Program-made: the position numbers and the translations under genes | Shown: positions 50,230 through 58,734 of the stretch, piece by piece | How the letters are laid out: each line of letters opens with the position of its first letter | Numbering within the stretch: the stretch's first letter is position 1 | The notes under the pieces: generated by a model | The model's database searches: none | Told to the model about the DNA's origin: nothing | What the model saw: the letters and a program-made list of their open reading frames with translations, nothing else | Virus record (IMG/VR): IMGVR_UViG_3300006738_000004 | Coordinates: 1-64,000 of that record | Strand: one strand, 5' to 3' | Source: a virus | DNA: 64,000 nt

Positions 50230-53200
50230 GTGCCGGTTTTTCTACCAGGGTTGATGGGGGGGTTTGGATACGGAGGCAATGCCTACGGATTCTCACCTTA
50301 CGGTAGTGCGGCACATCCCAGGCTCCCGGTCCCACCGGGTGGAGGCTACGGCGGGGCTGCTTACGGCCTCTCGTCCTACGGCTCTGTAGACATCACCCCT
50401 CCAAGGGTGACAGGAGCGAACCCTATCGACGGGTTCACCGTGGAAGTCCTCTTCAGTGAAGAGATGGCCCACGACAGCCACCTCTTCCTGTCTACTAACT
50501 ACACCTTTGGGGCCACTTATGGCGTCCCTCTCACGACCGTTTCGGTTGAGGGGGGAACCCCAGGCTCCCACGGGGGCTTTACCTCCGTCATCATCACCCA
50601 TACGGGTACGACACTGGGAGGCTTGTACCTCCTTACGGTGAATGACGGCCTCACTGGGCCTCGTGATTTGGCGGGGAACATCGTTGGGCCACCACCAACG
50701 AACTCGGCATCGTTTTCTGCTTACGGGGACCCCACGACGTTCAAAGTCGAGGTTCCTCCTAACAATGATGACGGCCACACGGTGCTTCTGGAGTTCTTTG
50801 ATTCAAGGCAGCAGTTTCAGCCCTTGCTCCCTGAAGCAGAGTTTACTCCTGGAGTAGACGACACGGTCTCGTACTCGCTCGACACCGAGTACCCCGTCGT
50901 CCCAACCATCAACTCAGCGGAGCAGGTCACAGCCCTTCCAGCCAAGGTGTTCTTGGACATCAGCCCGATGACCAAGACGACCTACGGGCTAACGGTTGGC
51001 CCCGCAAGGGCGCTTACCTACAAGGCTGCCGTGCTGCCTGATGTTGACCCGGATTTCGACGGGGTTGAGGTAGGGACGGGGACTTCCACCCTTGGGGAAG
51101 GTCAACTCCTTCTTACCAAGGATCAAGGAGTCACTTACGGCTGGTCCTTTGGGGATACGTCTGGTCGGCTTGTGGGAGGGACTTCCTTCCGGGCAGACAT
51201 CAACTTCGATGCAGGCTCGGCGGCTATCTACCCGCCGATGTCGAGTTCCTCACTCTTCAGCTTCACGGTGAACGATGGGCAGCGTCAGGTGACGCTGACG
51301 CTGGCCGACATCGCTGGAACCAAGGTCATCGACATCAGCACCCCTCTCGGGGCCATTGGGTCGGTTCCTGCTGAATGGGGGGAGGTCGGGACATCAGACA
51401 CCCTCTCCCTTGTCAGAAACCAGAAGGGTGCCTTCTACTCGGTCCTGTTCAACGGGGTGCCCCTTCTTACGTTCCCTGTGGGGGGCGTGACTCCCACCAC
51501 AATCCCAGTGGGGGTGCAGGCCCTCCTCCTGAGTGCCCACAAGGTAGGACTGTTCAAGATCGCCTATCTGGGCGTTTCAGCTTCCACGACGGTCTTTACT
51601 GACACTTGGAACTTCATCCACGACCTTGCGGGGATCTTTGTAGGTTCTGGGGTTCTGGCACGGGACAGGATTCTCACTGACCGTGGGCCTTTGGTTCGTG
51701 GGTGGGGTGACGCTACTCCCGCTACCAAGGATGAGGTAGCGGTATGGGTCGAGGGTGTGGAAGTCGAGGTAGCGGATGTAAATCCCTACGTTGGGGAGAT
51801 TTACCCCGCTATTCCCATACCCTTGTCTGCTCCTGGCACGGTTTCTGTGGCCTTGGACTACATTTGGTTCTCCAACCCTCCAATGAAGATGGAGGGCCTG
51901 AACACGAGGGGCCTCACCCTCAACAAATGGGATCGCTCGGTAGGCCACACACCTGGGGCGCTCGCCCCACTGCCCGCATCTTCAATGGGGGCCTTCCGGC
52001 ACCACCGTTTCCCCATGGGAACGGCTTTGGGTCCTGTAGCCCGGAAGTCACCAAAGCAGATCGGCCACAGGTACATGGGTTTCCAGTTGGGGGGCTATTC
52101 TGCCCTTTTGAACCAACCGACGACCCTTTTGACGAACCAAAACCCTCACGAGTTGTCGGTTGGGGGCCTAAAGGCGCAAAGTCAAGCAACGTCCGTCTTG
52201 TTCGACGGGGAGACCTCTCCTACTAATGCTTCAACCCCGTGGGTTTTGCACGGGGTTGATTCAGGAGCAGTCTCTGCTAACAGCACCTACACCTTAGTGG
52301 ATGCCAGTGCTGGCTCTTACGCCACGGGGACCGCTGCCTTTTACGAACAGAACATCGACCTATCCCTGGATTGCCACGTTGAGTTAGGGCTTCGCCTAAA
52401 GGTGGACGACTCTGCGGGGACCTACGACGGGGTGTTCTCAGGAATCGCATGTGGGATTCATGATGGCCTACACCTGCTCATGGTCGGCTTCCTCAAGATT
52501 GATGGGGTTCGATCTCTCGGGCTTCTCAAAAACGCATCCCGTCCCGACTTTGAGGAGTCCTGGGAGGTGGGTCCTTCAGTAAGCGGGACAGCCACCACCG
52601 AAACGACGATAGACGTTCCTTACGACCCCATGCTCAACGGGATCAAGAGTGGATCTAAGGTTCGGATTCCCTCAGGCCCGCAGACAGGCGTCTACACGAT
52701 AGCGGAGTGTGGCCTTTATCTGAACGACCTGGGCACCGTAACTCTTGTGCTGGAGGAGGCCCTTCCTGAGCCTGTGCATCTTCTCGGGAACGACACAGTT
52801 GACCTCTTGTTCGATGTTCCATGGAACGAGGAGTTCGTTTCACTTCGATCCGTGTCTTTATTCCCAGCAGGGACAGCCTCAGTTTCGATTGGGGGGTCTG
52901 TCTCGGGTCCCTTGGCAGAGAACTTTGAGGTCACGGCCTACCCAGCCGACACTGCTTTACTGATTCCAGCAGTTCCCAAGGGACCTCAGAATGGAGTCGT
53001 GTTCTGGGGGTCCGTTTCACGGCCTGCAATCAACACCTCAGTCTGGGAAACGGTCCAGTACTCGGTCATCCCTAAGTACCTCGTAGAAGCCTCTCATGGA
53101 ATCACAGTTCTAACAGAGATGGGGGTCGTTCCTGAAGAGGACATGAACACCCCATGGTTCATCGCCGGGGGCTTTGGATTGTCACGAGTGGACTCAACTG

Positions 53201-56067
53201 GGGACACCCTCCTCCTCAAGTCTACTTCTTGCACAACCCCACCCCTTGGGGAGGCTCCTCTTACCTTCTCTTACAACCGGGCGGTCCCTTACCTTAGCCC
53301 CAAGGTGCGGACAGAGGTGGAGGCCACCTTCCAGGTGGACTCCTCTATTCGGGGGAGCGGCTCTGCCTCCCTGCTGATCGAAGACACAGAGAAAATGGCT
53401 GAGGCCACAACGCTGTTCTTTCGAGAGGGGTCCGTTGCTGGCGTAGCAGGGGATTTCAGAACCCTGCTCGATCTTCCCTTCTGCTCGTTGTCCGGGTTGC
53501 TGGACCCTGAGACAGCGGGGTGGGCACCATTCTCCTGGAACAGTGGCATCAACACAGCCGTTCCTTACGGGCAAAGGCTCGTCGTTTCCCAAGGCGGTAT
53601 TGGTGGCTCTCAGTGGCAGCAAGAGGCCACCCTTGATGCTGCCACGACCCTCTTTTGCATCACGGAGGGGGTGATTTTCGAGGCCACTGTAAAGGTGCTC
53701 GCAACTACTCCCGACCTTGGAAAGGCAGGCCCCAGTTTTGGCGGCCTTGTGCCTTGGGGCGGCGGCCACAGCCAAGTTATGCTGGACTTCCTCTCAGACG
53801 GGTTTGTCGGGCTGATCAGGACCAGTGATGCTGCGATTCTTGCCTCATTCTATGTGGGTTGGGAGGACGGAACAGAACAGTTCTATCGGCTGGTCTGCGA
53901 CCCCAGTGCGAACCTTGTAGTTCTCTCGGTAAACGACACTGTTGTAGGAACCGTCTCCCTTTCCTCGTTCACCATCGTCCCAGACCTTGACCCGCTCATG
54001 TTTAGGACGGTGTTTGGCGTGGTTGGTTCGGCAGTGTCCCTTTCATCTTGGGACGGCGTCAGCGGCGTTCCCCTGAAGGTTCGCGGAAGAGCAGAGGGGG
54101 ACATCACCCTGAAGCGCACTCTTGGCATTTACCTCGGGGGCGGTCGTGAGGACATCAACCATTACCGGATTCCTCGTAGTGACTCGTCAACTGCTGCTAA
54201 CTCCAGTAGCAGTGCCCAGCCCATCGAGATGGACTGGACAAACCCCCTGCGGGTGCGGCTGTACCACGACCCTGAATGGGGCGTATGCCTTTACCGTCCC
54301 GACCTTCCCCCTCCTCCCTGGCACACCGGGGACTTTGCTACGGAGACGACTGACCCCAGCGCAGCTTGGATCAGTGTGGAAAGTGCAGACCTCCCCTTCC
54401 ACAGCACCCTAAAGGGGGCGATCCGTTGGGGGTCCGTCAACCCCCGCTCCATCACGCAGCAGCGATGGGATTCAGTGAGGTACCGCTTGAGGGGCGCACC
54501 CGACGGCTTCGGCATTGCTCCTCAAAACATGCTCCTGAACCGATCCCACCGGATGACCTCGGGGGAGTTCCTGTACGACACCACCCCTGAAGTGGTCACA
54601 GTCAACTCTGCGGGTGCGAGAGAGGTCAATGTACGGGCTTGCGGAATCTACGCTGACCGGGTTTTTTCGGTCCAGGTGGATGGCGCTTTGCTCCCGTTTG
54701 CGGATTGGAACTTTGACTCCGACACCCAACTGCTGGTGCTGAGAACAGCCCTTCCTTCTGACACCTACCCCGTCACAGTCACGTTTGCCGCTGCCCACCC
54801 CATCACCGAAACTTACCTGTGCTCGCAGCCTATTGAAGGATCGGTCACCCTCCTCAACGAGGGGACACCTCCTATTCCCAAGAGCTTGGATACCGCCAGC
54901 ATCAGGGAAATCTTGGCAGGTTCCCGCCTGAACGACCCCCTGGATGTACTGGATGATGCTGAAACCCTCATCATCAATGACCCCCACCGAGTCATCAAGT
55001 TTAGGGAAACGGAGACCTCTCTCTATACGGACCTGACGTTCTGCGAGGTGGAAGACGGCGAGAACATCTGGATTTCCACCTTGTGCGACGGGCCGGGGAT
55101 TGGGGAGGGGTTCTCGGACATCAAGATTGAAGGCACCGATTACGCCAACTCCTTCTCAGTGCCGGAAGGTCCCGTGGGTCCATGGGGGAAATCCTCTCCC
55201 ACAATCAAGGGGTCCGCGACCCACTTCGACCAGTCTTCTGTGCTCCTTGCTTCAGGCGGTGTGATTCAGGGCGGCGTGCTCGGACCAGGAACTGCGGTTC
55301 TACACCCCAACGCGAGAGGTCCTTCAGGTAAGCCTCCTCCAGGAATGGGCCTGAATCAGGACTTCCGCATTGTCCTCTCTGCCCAGGCCGTATTGACGGA
55401 TGCGACAGTAGACCCTCCTGTTGAACAAGCCCTGGAAGAGAGATTCGACACCCAACGCCCTATGGGGGATAACGTACCTCCCACCGAAGCTCTCCCGGTC
55501 TCAAGCAACCCGGATGGGGTCCCTGGACTCCACAACCTGGGCAAGTGTGTGGCCCGTCTTGAGGACTATGGGTCGGATACCTCCACTTCAAGGCTGGGGC
55601 CATGGGGAGCCAAAACGTGGTTCGGGGAAGTCACTGTCCTGGACAACGCCGCTATCCTGGACGGGGACACCATCACTATCGCGGGGCTTCCGCTCACTGC
55701 TCGAATGTTTGCCCCTCCTGGAGGAACGGACGAGTTCCAGATTGGGATTGATGCTGCGGAGACTGTGGCAAACATTCGAGATGCGATCAACGACACCTCG
55801 AACAGCTTTGTGGGTCTGTGTCACTCCCAAGTGGAATCACTCCCCATTACAAATCAGGCAAACATCTCATCATCACGAGAGCTTACGTTCGTCCTGAGTA
55901 ATGGGGCTGCCTTCCGGCCTAACCCCAGGACCGGGCTGTTCAGCAAACGGTCCCTTCTGGGCGGTGGCGCACAACTGGATGGCTACCAGTTCATTCTGGG
56001 CGGGGGTGTTGCACTACCAAGCCCAACTGTTACAGAGTTCACCATCGAAGCGACTCCCCCGCCATAG
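50230..56067 (+). CDS. Large virion structural protein (1945 aa) with N-terminal GYG repeats, an Ig-like (SbsA/Big-type) domain and beta-sandwich repeats
   Basis: ITPPRVTGA...VEVLFSEEM...DLAGN is an Ig-like signature; 5.8-kb ORF. Confidence 0.7.
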   Translation: MPVFLPGLMGGFGYGGNAYGFSPYGSAAHPRLPVPPGGGYGGAAYGLSSYGSVDITPPRVTGANPIDGFTVEVLFSEEMAHDSHLFLSTNYTFGATYGVPLTTVSVEGGTPGSHGGFTSVIITHTGTTLGGLYLLTVNDGLTGPRDLAGNIVGPPPTNSASFSAYGDPTTFKVEVPPNNDDGHTVLLEFFDSRQQFQPLLPEAEFTPGVDDTVSYSLDTEYPVVPTINSAEQVTALPAKVFLDISPMTKTTYGLTVGPARALTYKAAVLPDVDPDFDGVEVGTGTSTLGEGQLLLTKDQGVTYGWSFGDTSGRLVGGTSFRADINFDAGSAAIYPPMSSSSLFSFTVNDGQRQVTLTLADIAGTKVIDISTPLGAIGSVPAEWGEVGTSDTLSLVRNQKGAFYSVLFNGVPLLTFPVGGVTPTTIPVGVQALLLSAHKVGLFKIAYLGVSASTTVFTDTWNFIHDLAGIFVGSGVLARDRILTDRGPLVRGWGDATPATKDEVAVWVEGVEVEVADVNPYVGEIYPAIPIPLSAPGTVSVALDYIWFSNPPMKMEGLNTRGLTLNKWDRSVGHTPGALAPLPASSMGAFRHHRFPMGTALGPVARKSPKQIGHRYMGFQLGGYSALLNQPTTLLTNQNPHELSVGGLKAQSQATSVLFDGETSPTNASTPWVLHGVDSGAVSANSTYTLVDASAGSYATGTAAFYEQNIDLSLDCHVELGLRLKVDDSAGTYDGVFSGIACGIHDGLHLLMVGFLKIDGVRSLGLLKNASRPDFEESWEVGPSVSGTATTETTIDVPYDPMLNGIKSGSKVRIPSGPQTGVYTIAECGLYLNDLGTVTLVLEEALPEPVHLLGNDTVDLLFDVPWNEEFVSLRSVSLFPAGTASVSIGGSVSGPLAENFEVTAYPADTALLIPAVPKGPQNGVVFWGSVSRPAINTSVWETVQYSVIPKYLVEASHGITVLTEMGVVPEEDMNTPWFIAGGFGLSRVDSTGDTLLLKSTSCTTPPLGEAPLTFSYNRAVPYLSPKVRTEVEATFQVDSSIRGSGSASLLIEDTEKMAEATTLFFREGSVAGVAGDFRTLLDLPFCSLSGLLDPETAGWAPFSWNSGINTAVPYGQRLVVSQGGIGGSQWQQEATLDAATTLFCITEGVIFEATVKVLATTPDLGKAGPSFGGLVPWGGGHSQVMLDFLSDGFVGLIRTSDAAILASFYVGWEDGTEQFYRLVCDPSANLVVLSVNDTVVGTVSLSSFTIVPDLDPLMFRTVFGVVGSAVSLSSWDGVSGVPLKVRGRAEGDITLKRTLGIYLGGGREDINHYRIPRSDSSTAANSSSSAQPIEMDWTNPLRVRLYHDPEWGVCLYRPDLPPPPWHTGDFATETTDPSAAWISVESADLPFHSTLKGAIRWGSVNPRSITQQRWDSVRYRLRGAPDGFGIAPQNMLLNRSHRMTSGEFLYDTTPEVVTVNSAGAREVNVRACGIYADRVFSVQVDGALLPFADWNFDSDTQLLVLRTALPSDTYPVTVTFAAAHPITETYLCSQPIEGSVTLLNEGTPPIPKSLDTASIREILAGSRLNDPLDVLDDAETLIINDPHRVIKFRETETSLYTDLTFCEVEDGENIWISTLCDGPGIGEGFSDIKIEGTDYANSFSVPEGPVGPWGKSSPTIKGSATHFDQSSVLLASGGVIQGGVLGPGTAVLHPNARGPSGKPPPGMGLNQDFRIVLSAQAVLTDATVDPPVEQALEERFDTQRPMGDNVPPTEALPVSSNPDGVPGLHNLGKCVARLEDYGSDTSTSRLGPWGAKTWFGEVTVLDNAAILDGDTITIAGLPLTARMFAPPGGTDEFQIGIDAAETVANIRDAINDTSNSFVGLCHSQVESLPITNQANISSSRELTFVLSNGAAFRPNPRTGLFSKRSLLGGGAQLDGYQFILGGGVALPSPTVTEFTIEATPPP

Positions 56068-56113
56068 GGAATCTGCTTTATAGGCAGGTTCAAAGGCGAA
56101 CATGAACTACCGT

Positions 56114-56128
56114 CGGTTTTTCCCTTAT
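56114..56128 (+). promoter_or_regulatory. Class I promoter motif CGGT-N7-TTAT (a degenerate second copy GGGA-N7-TTAT at 56067-56081)
   Basis: CGGT TTTTCCC TTAT upstream of the membrane protein gene. Confidence 0.55.
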
Positions 56129-56170
56129 CGGAGGCGTCGGTGAGCACAAAACTTTTCCAGGAGGAAACAT

Positions 56171-56674
56171 ATGCGACACTTTCTAACCTTGATCGTGCTG
56201 GTACTCGGTCTGACGGTTCCAACCGCTGCTTTTGCGGAAGAACCTGCTGCGGCTGAAGCAACGGAAGAGGCGGCTCCCGCTTCAGATGAAGCCGCACCTG
56301 CGGGGGACGAAGCTGCGGCAGATGAGGCTGCTGGTGACGAGGAAGTCCCGGACACTCTCGATGATGCCGCTGACGACATCAGCTTGCTCGTGAAGGCAGT
56401 CCAGGACAAGAACTGGTCCCTGGCTCTTGGTTTCTTGCTGATGCTCCTTGTCATGCTTGCCAACAAGTTCGGCCTGAAGGACAAGGTTGGCTCCAAGGCG
56501 GTCCCGTGGGTCGCTATGGGCCTCGCTGTGGCCGCTACCAGTGGTATTGGGCTGGCTAACGGTCTGGCGCTGATGGATGCTGGTATGCAGGGTGTTCTGG
56601 CTGGCGTGGCTGCCATTGGTGGCTGGGAGTTGCTTTTCAAGCACATCCTCCAGAGCAAGCCCGCTGCTGACTGA
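56171..56674 (+). CDS. Membrane protein with N-terminal signal peptide, acidic linker and about 3 TM helices (holin-like C-terminus), 167 aa
   Basis: Strong SD AGGAGG; MRHFLTLIVLVLGLTVPTAAFA signal peptide (A-x-A site); Glu/Asp/Ala linker; hydrophobic helices. Confidence 0.7.
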   Translation: MRHFLTLIVLVLGLTVPTAAFAEEPAAAEATEEAAPASDEAAPAGDEAAADEAAGDEEVPDTLDDAADDISLLVKAVQDKNWSLALGFLLMLLVMLANKFGLKDKVGSKAVPWVAMGLAVAATSGIGLANGLALMDAGMQGVLAGVAAIGGWELLFKHILQSKPAAD

Positions 56675-56696
56675 GTAACCTCAGTCCACAAACTCA

Positions 56697-56728
56697 GACG
56701 CCCCCCGGAGAGATTCTCGGGGGGCGTT
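56697..56728. terminator. Strong GC hairpin, probable (possibly bidirectional) terminator
   Basis: ACGCCCCCCG...CGGGGGGCGT inverted repeat just after the stop codon; weak U-tracts on both sides. Confidence 0.55.
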
Positions 56729-56945
56729 CTGCGCTTACCGCCCCAGGTTTTTGCCGACTGGGGGCTTCGGCCCTAATGTGGTGGGTCCATGGGGACCTCC
56801 AGGAGAGAGGAAGTTTCAGCGGACTCCTTTGGCCTGCCGCTGCGTCAGGGGTGCGACCTGAGCTTCGCGCACCGGAAACCGCCTTGGGTGGGGACACTGG
56901 CGAAGGCCCCTAAATCTAATCCATCGAGCTTCTCTCCTCTTCTTG
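56729..56945. ncRNA. Candidate structured non-coding RNA (strand uncertain)
   Basis: No credible ORF; dense helices and pseudoknot-compatible pairings; bounded by a class II promoter and a terminator-like hairpin. Confidence 0.4.
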
Positions 56946-56950
56946 AACTC

Positions 56951-56981
56951 TCTACGGGAGCCGCTGGGAACGGGAACCCCT
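56951..56981 (-). promoter_or_regulatory. Class II promoter AGGGGTTCC-N16-CGTAGA
   Basis: Exact motif and spacing match to the other two copies. Confidence 0.6.
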
Positions 56982-56986
56982 TCTCT

Positions 56987-57001
56987 CGATGATTTGGCTA
57001 T
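56987..57001 (+). promoter_or_regulatory. Class I promoter motif CGAT-N7-CTAT
   Basis: One mismatch to consensus; upstream of a structural gene. Confidence 0.5.
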
Positions 57002-57069
57002 GAGTCAGGGTGTTCGACACCATGTGCGGAGTGTGCTCGGTAGAGTGCCGGACATGGAGGCAAGGTGAC

Positions 57070-57708
57070 ATGGGTTCAATGATGAAGGACAGGTTCCAAT
57101 CTCCTCGTGGCCGGGTAAGCCTTGGTTTCACCATGGAGCAAGCTGCTGTGATGGCCCTTCCCAAGGGAGAGGTCTTCATTGAGATGGTGGATGGCAAGAC
57201 GGGAGAGGTCCTTTTCAAGGAACATCGCCCCAACGTCATCACCGCTGACGCAGGCATTCAAGCCGCTCGCTACTTCAAGGACCCTTCGGAGCCTGCCAGC
57301 GGGGCCAACATGCTGGCTGTGGGCACCGGAGCTACGGGTGCCCTGTTGTCTCCCGACGCCCCAAGCCCTGACCAACGGGGTTTGAATGCGGAGATTTCCA
57401 GGAAGGCGTGGGCTTCCACTACGTTCAGGAACGCCGATGGTGGCGCGTCAGAGATCCCCACCAACGTGGTGGATTTCACCTGCACCTATGACGAGGCAGA
57501 AGCAGTCGGTCCTCTGAATGAGATGGGCATCCTGTCCACACGCTCGGACAACCCGTTGATCACCTACCCCAACCCGGACATCTACCCGGCTCGGGAACTG
57601 TCACGGGACTTGCGGGACTACGATGTGCTGATCAACTACCTGACTTTCGCGGTGATCTCGAAGCCCAGCACCGCTCGGCTGACCATTACTTGGCGAATCA
57701 CGTTCTAA
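57070..57708 (+). CDS. Baseplate/fibre-attachment protein (tail-collar/P2 gpH N-terminal-like), 212 aa
   Basis: NVIT..G...MLAVGTG...LNAEISRK...EAVGPLNEMGI...FAVISK...LTITWRITF pattern typical of fibre-attachment domains; start ATG 57070 after GGAGG/AGGTG. Confidence 0.6.
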   Translation: MGSMMKDRFQSPRGRVSLGFTMEQAAVMALPKGEVFIEMVDGKTGEVLFKEHRPNVITADAGIQAARYFKDPSEPASGANMLAVGTGATGALLSPDAPSPDQRGLNAEISRKAWASTTFRNADGGASEIPTNVVDFTCTYDEAEAVGPLNEMGILSTRSDNPLITYPNPDIYPARELSRDLRDYDVLINYLTFAVISKPSTARLTITWRITF

Positions 57709-58435
57709 GCACGGCCTCCAACTCCTTGGCAGCAGCTTCGGTTAGCTCCATGAGGAAGTCTTCTTCCTCGTTGTAGGCAAGGTAGTGCCCTTCGTGAAGG
57801 ACGATGCTGCGGATAGTGCAGTAGGGATAAGGGAGGCTTTCCCGACCAGTGCCGGGATTTCCCATGGAGCCGGACTCATCGACTACGACCATGGGAGGAC
57901 TCGGCTCTCCAAAGGTGGAGAGGGGAGGCAGTTCCCCGACTCCTCCCACCATGTTCTGAAGTATTTGGGGCTTGTCTTCCACCACGGTCACTTCATGGCC
58001 GTTGGCCCATACAACATCATCCTTGCCGGGTCCTACACGGAAGCCAAGGCGGTCACCCTTGACCCAGAAGACCTTCCCTTCCGAAGAGCCGTCGAGAGTG
58101 CGGACATGCTCTCCCTTGGAGGGCATCTTGGGGGTGACGAGGGCCAGAATCCCGCTCCAGGTTTGTCCTGCGGGGGGTTGGGGGTTTCGGCAGAGGTCAT
58201 CAGGGAAACCCGGCAGAACTACCTCGACGTTAGAGGCCGCAGTCCAATGGACTGTGTCAGCCGCATCTTTGATGCCGATGCGGAGACCGTGGTTGTGGAG
58301 ACCTCCCTCCCCTTCCCAAAAAACGACGCCTCGTACTCCATGAGGAACCTTCCGGCCTTTCACCACAACGACGCTCTTCCCCTTCTGGACCGAAAAGAGA
58401 GTGTCACGGGCCTCTTGTTCTGCTGGAGTGGTCAT
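57698..58435 (-). CDS. Hypothetical protein with tandem SH3/KOW-like beta-barrels (245 aa)
   Basis: SD GAGGA and class II promoter; duplicated G.VFW..G.R(I/L)G.......W motif. Confidence 0.65.
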   Translation of the reverse strand: MTTPAEQEARDTLFSVQKGKSVVVVKGRKVPHGVRGVVFWEGEGGLHNHGLRIGIKDAADTVHWTAASNVEVVLPGFPDDLCRNPQPPAGQTWSGILALVTPKMPSKGEHVRTLDGSSEGKVFWVKGDRLGFRVGPGKDDVVWANGHEVTVVEDKPQILQNMVGGVGELPPLSTFGEPSPPMVVVDESGSMGNPGTGRESLPYPYCTIRSIVLHEGHYLAYNEEEDFLMELTEAAAKELEAVLRT

Positions 58436-58461
58436 CTTGTGGTTTCCTCACCTTTAGGGGA

Positions 58462-58494
58462 TCTACGGCAGCAAGAGGCCAATGGAACCCCCCT
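58462..58494 (-). promoter_or_regulatory. Class II promoter AGGGGGGTTCC-N16-CGTAGA
   Basis: Third copy of the bipartite motif, upstream of the 245-aa minus-strand gene. Confidence 0.65.
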
Positions 58495-58498
58495 TTCT

Positions 58499-58513
58499 CG
58501 GTTCCATGCCTAT
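58499..58513 (+). promoter_or_regulatory. Class I promoter motif CGGT-N7-CTAT
   Basis: CGGT TCCATGC CTAT upstream of the 59-aa basic ORF. Confidence 0.6.
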
Positions 58514-58539
58514 CGAGATGGACAAGCGGAGGTGGCTCT

Positions 58540-58719
58540 ATGGGATGCGGATGTCGCAAGAAGACTGGTCGCAAGAAGACGGCAAGTCATGTGAAAAAGC
58601 CCATCGCATCAAAGCCATTGCCAAACAACTTCGTGTCCAAAGCCTCCCCGAAAAGTCGAGGTGTGAGAAGGAGCGGGACGTATACGCGCACTGCTTCAGG
58701 GTCGGTGGTGCGGAAATGA
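58540..58719 (+). CDS. Small, very basic protein with MGCGC N-terminus (59 aa)
   Basis: SD GGAGG at 58528-58532; MGCGCRKKTGRKKTASHVKKPIASKPLPNNFVSKASPKSRGVRRSGTYTRTASGSVVRK; own promoter motif; missed by the ORF track. Confidence 0.7.
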   Translation: MGCGCRKKTGRKKTASHVKKPIASKPLPNNFVSKASPKSRGVRRSGTYTRTASGSVVRK

Positions 58720-58734
58720 ATCAGGAGCGCGTTT

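Noticed and set aside
56719-56945. tmRNA or tRNA interpretation of the structured element
   Set aside because: GGGGGCG (+) and CCACCA (-) ends occur on opposite strands. No T-arm (GTTCRA) or matching acceptor stem and no typical tag ending in Ala-Ala were found.
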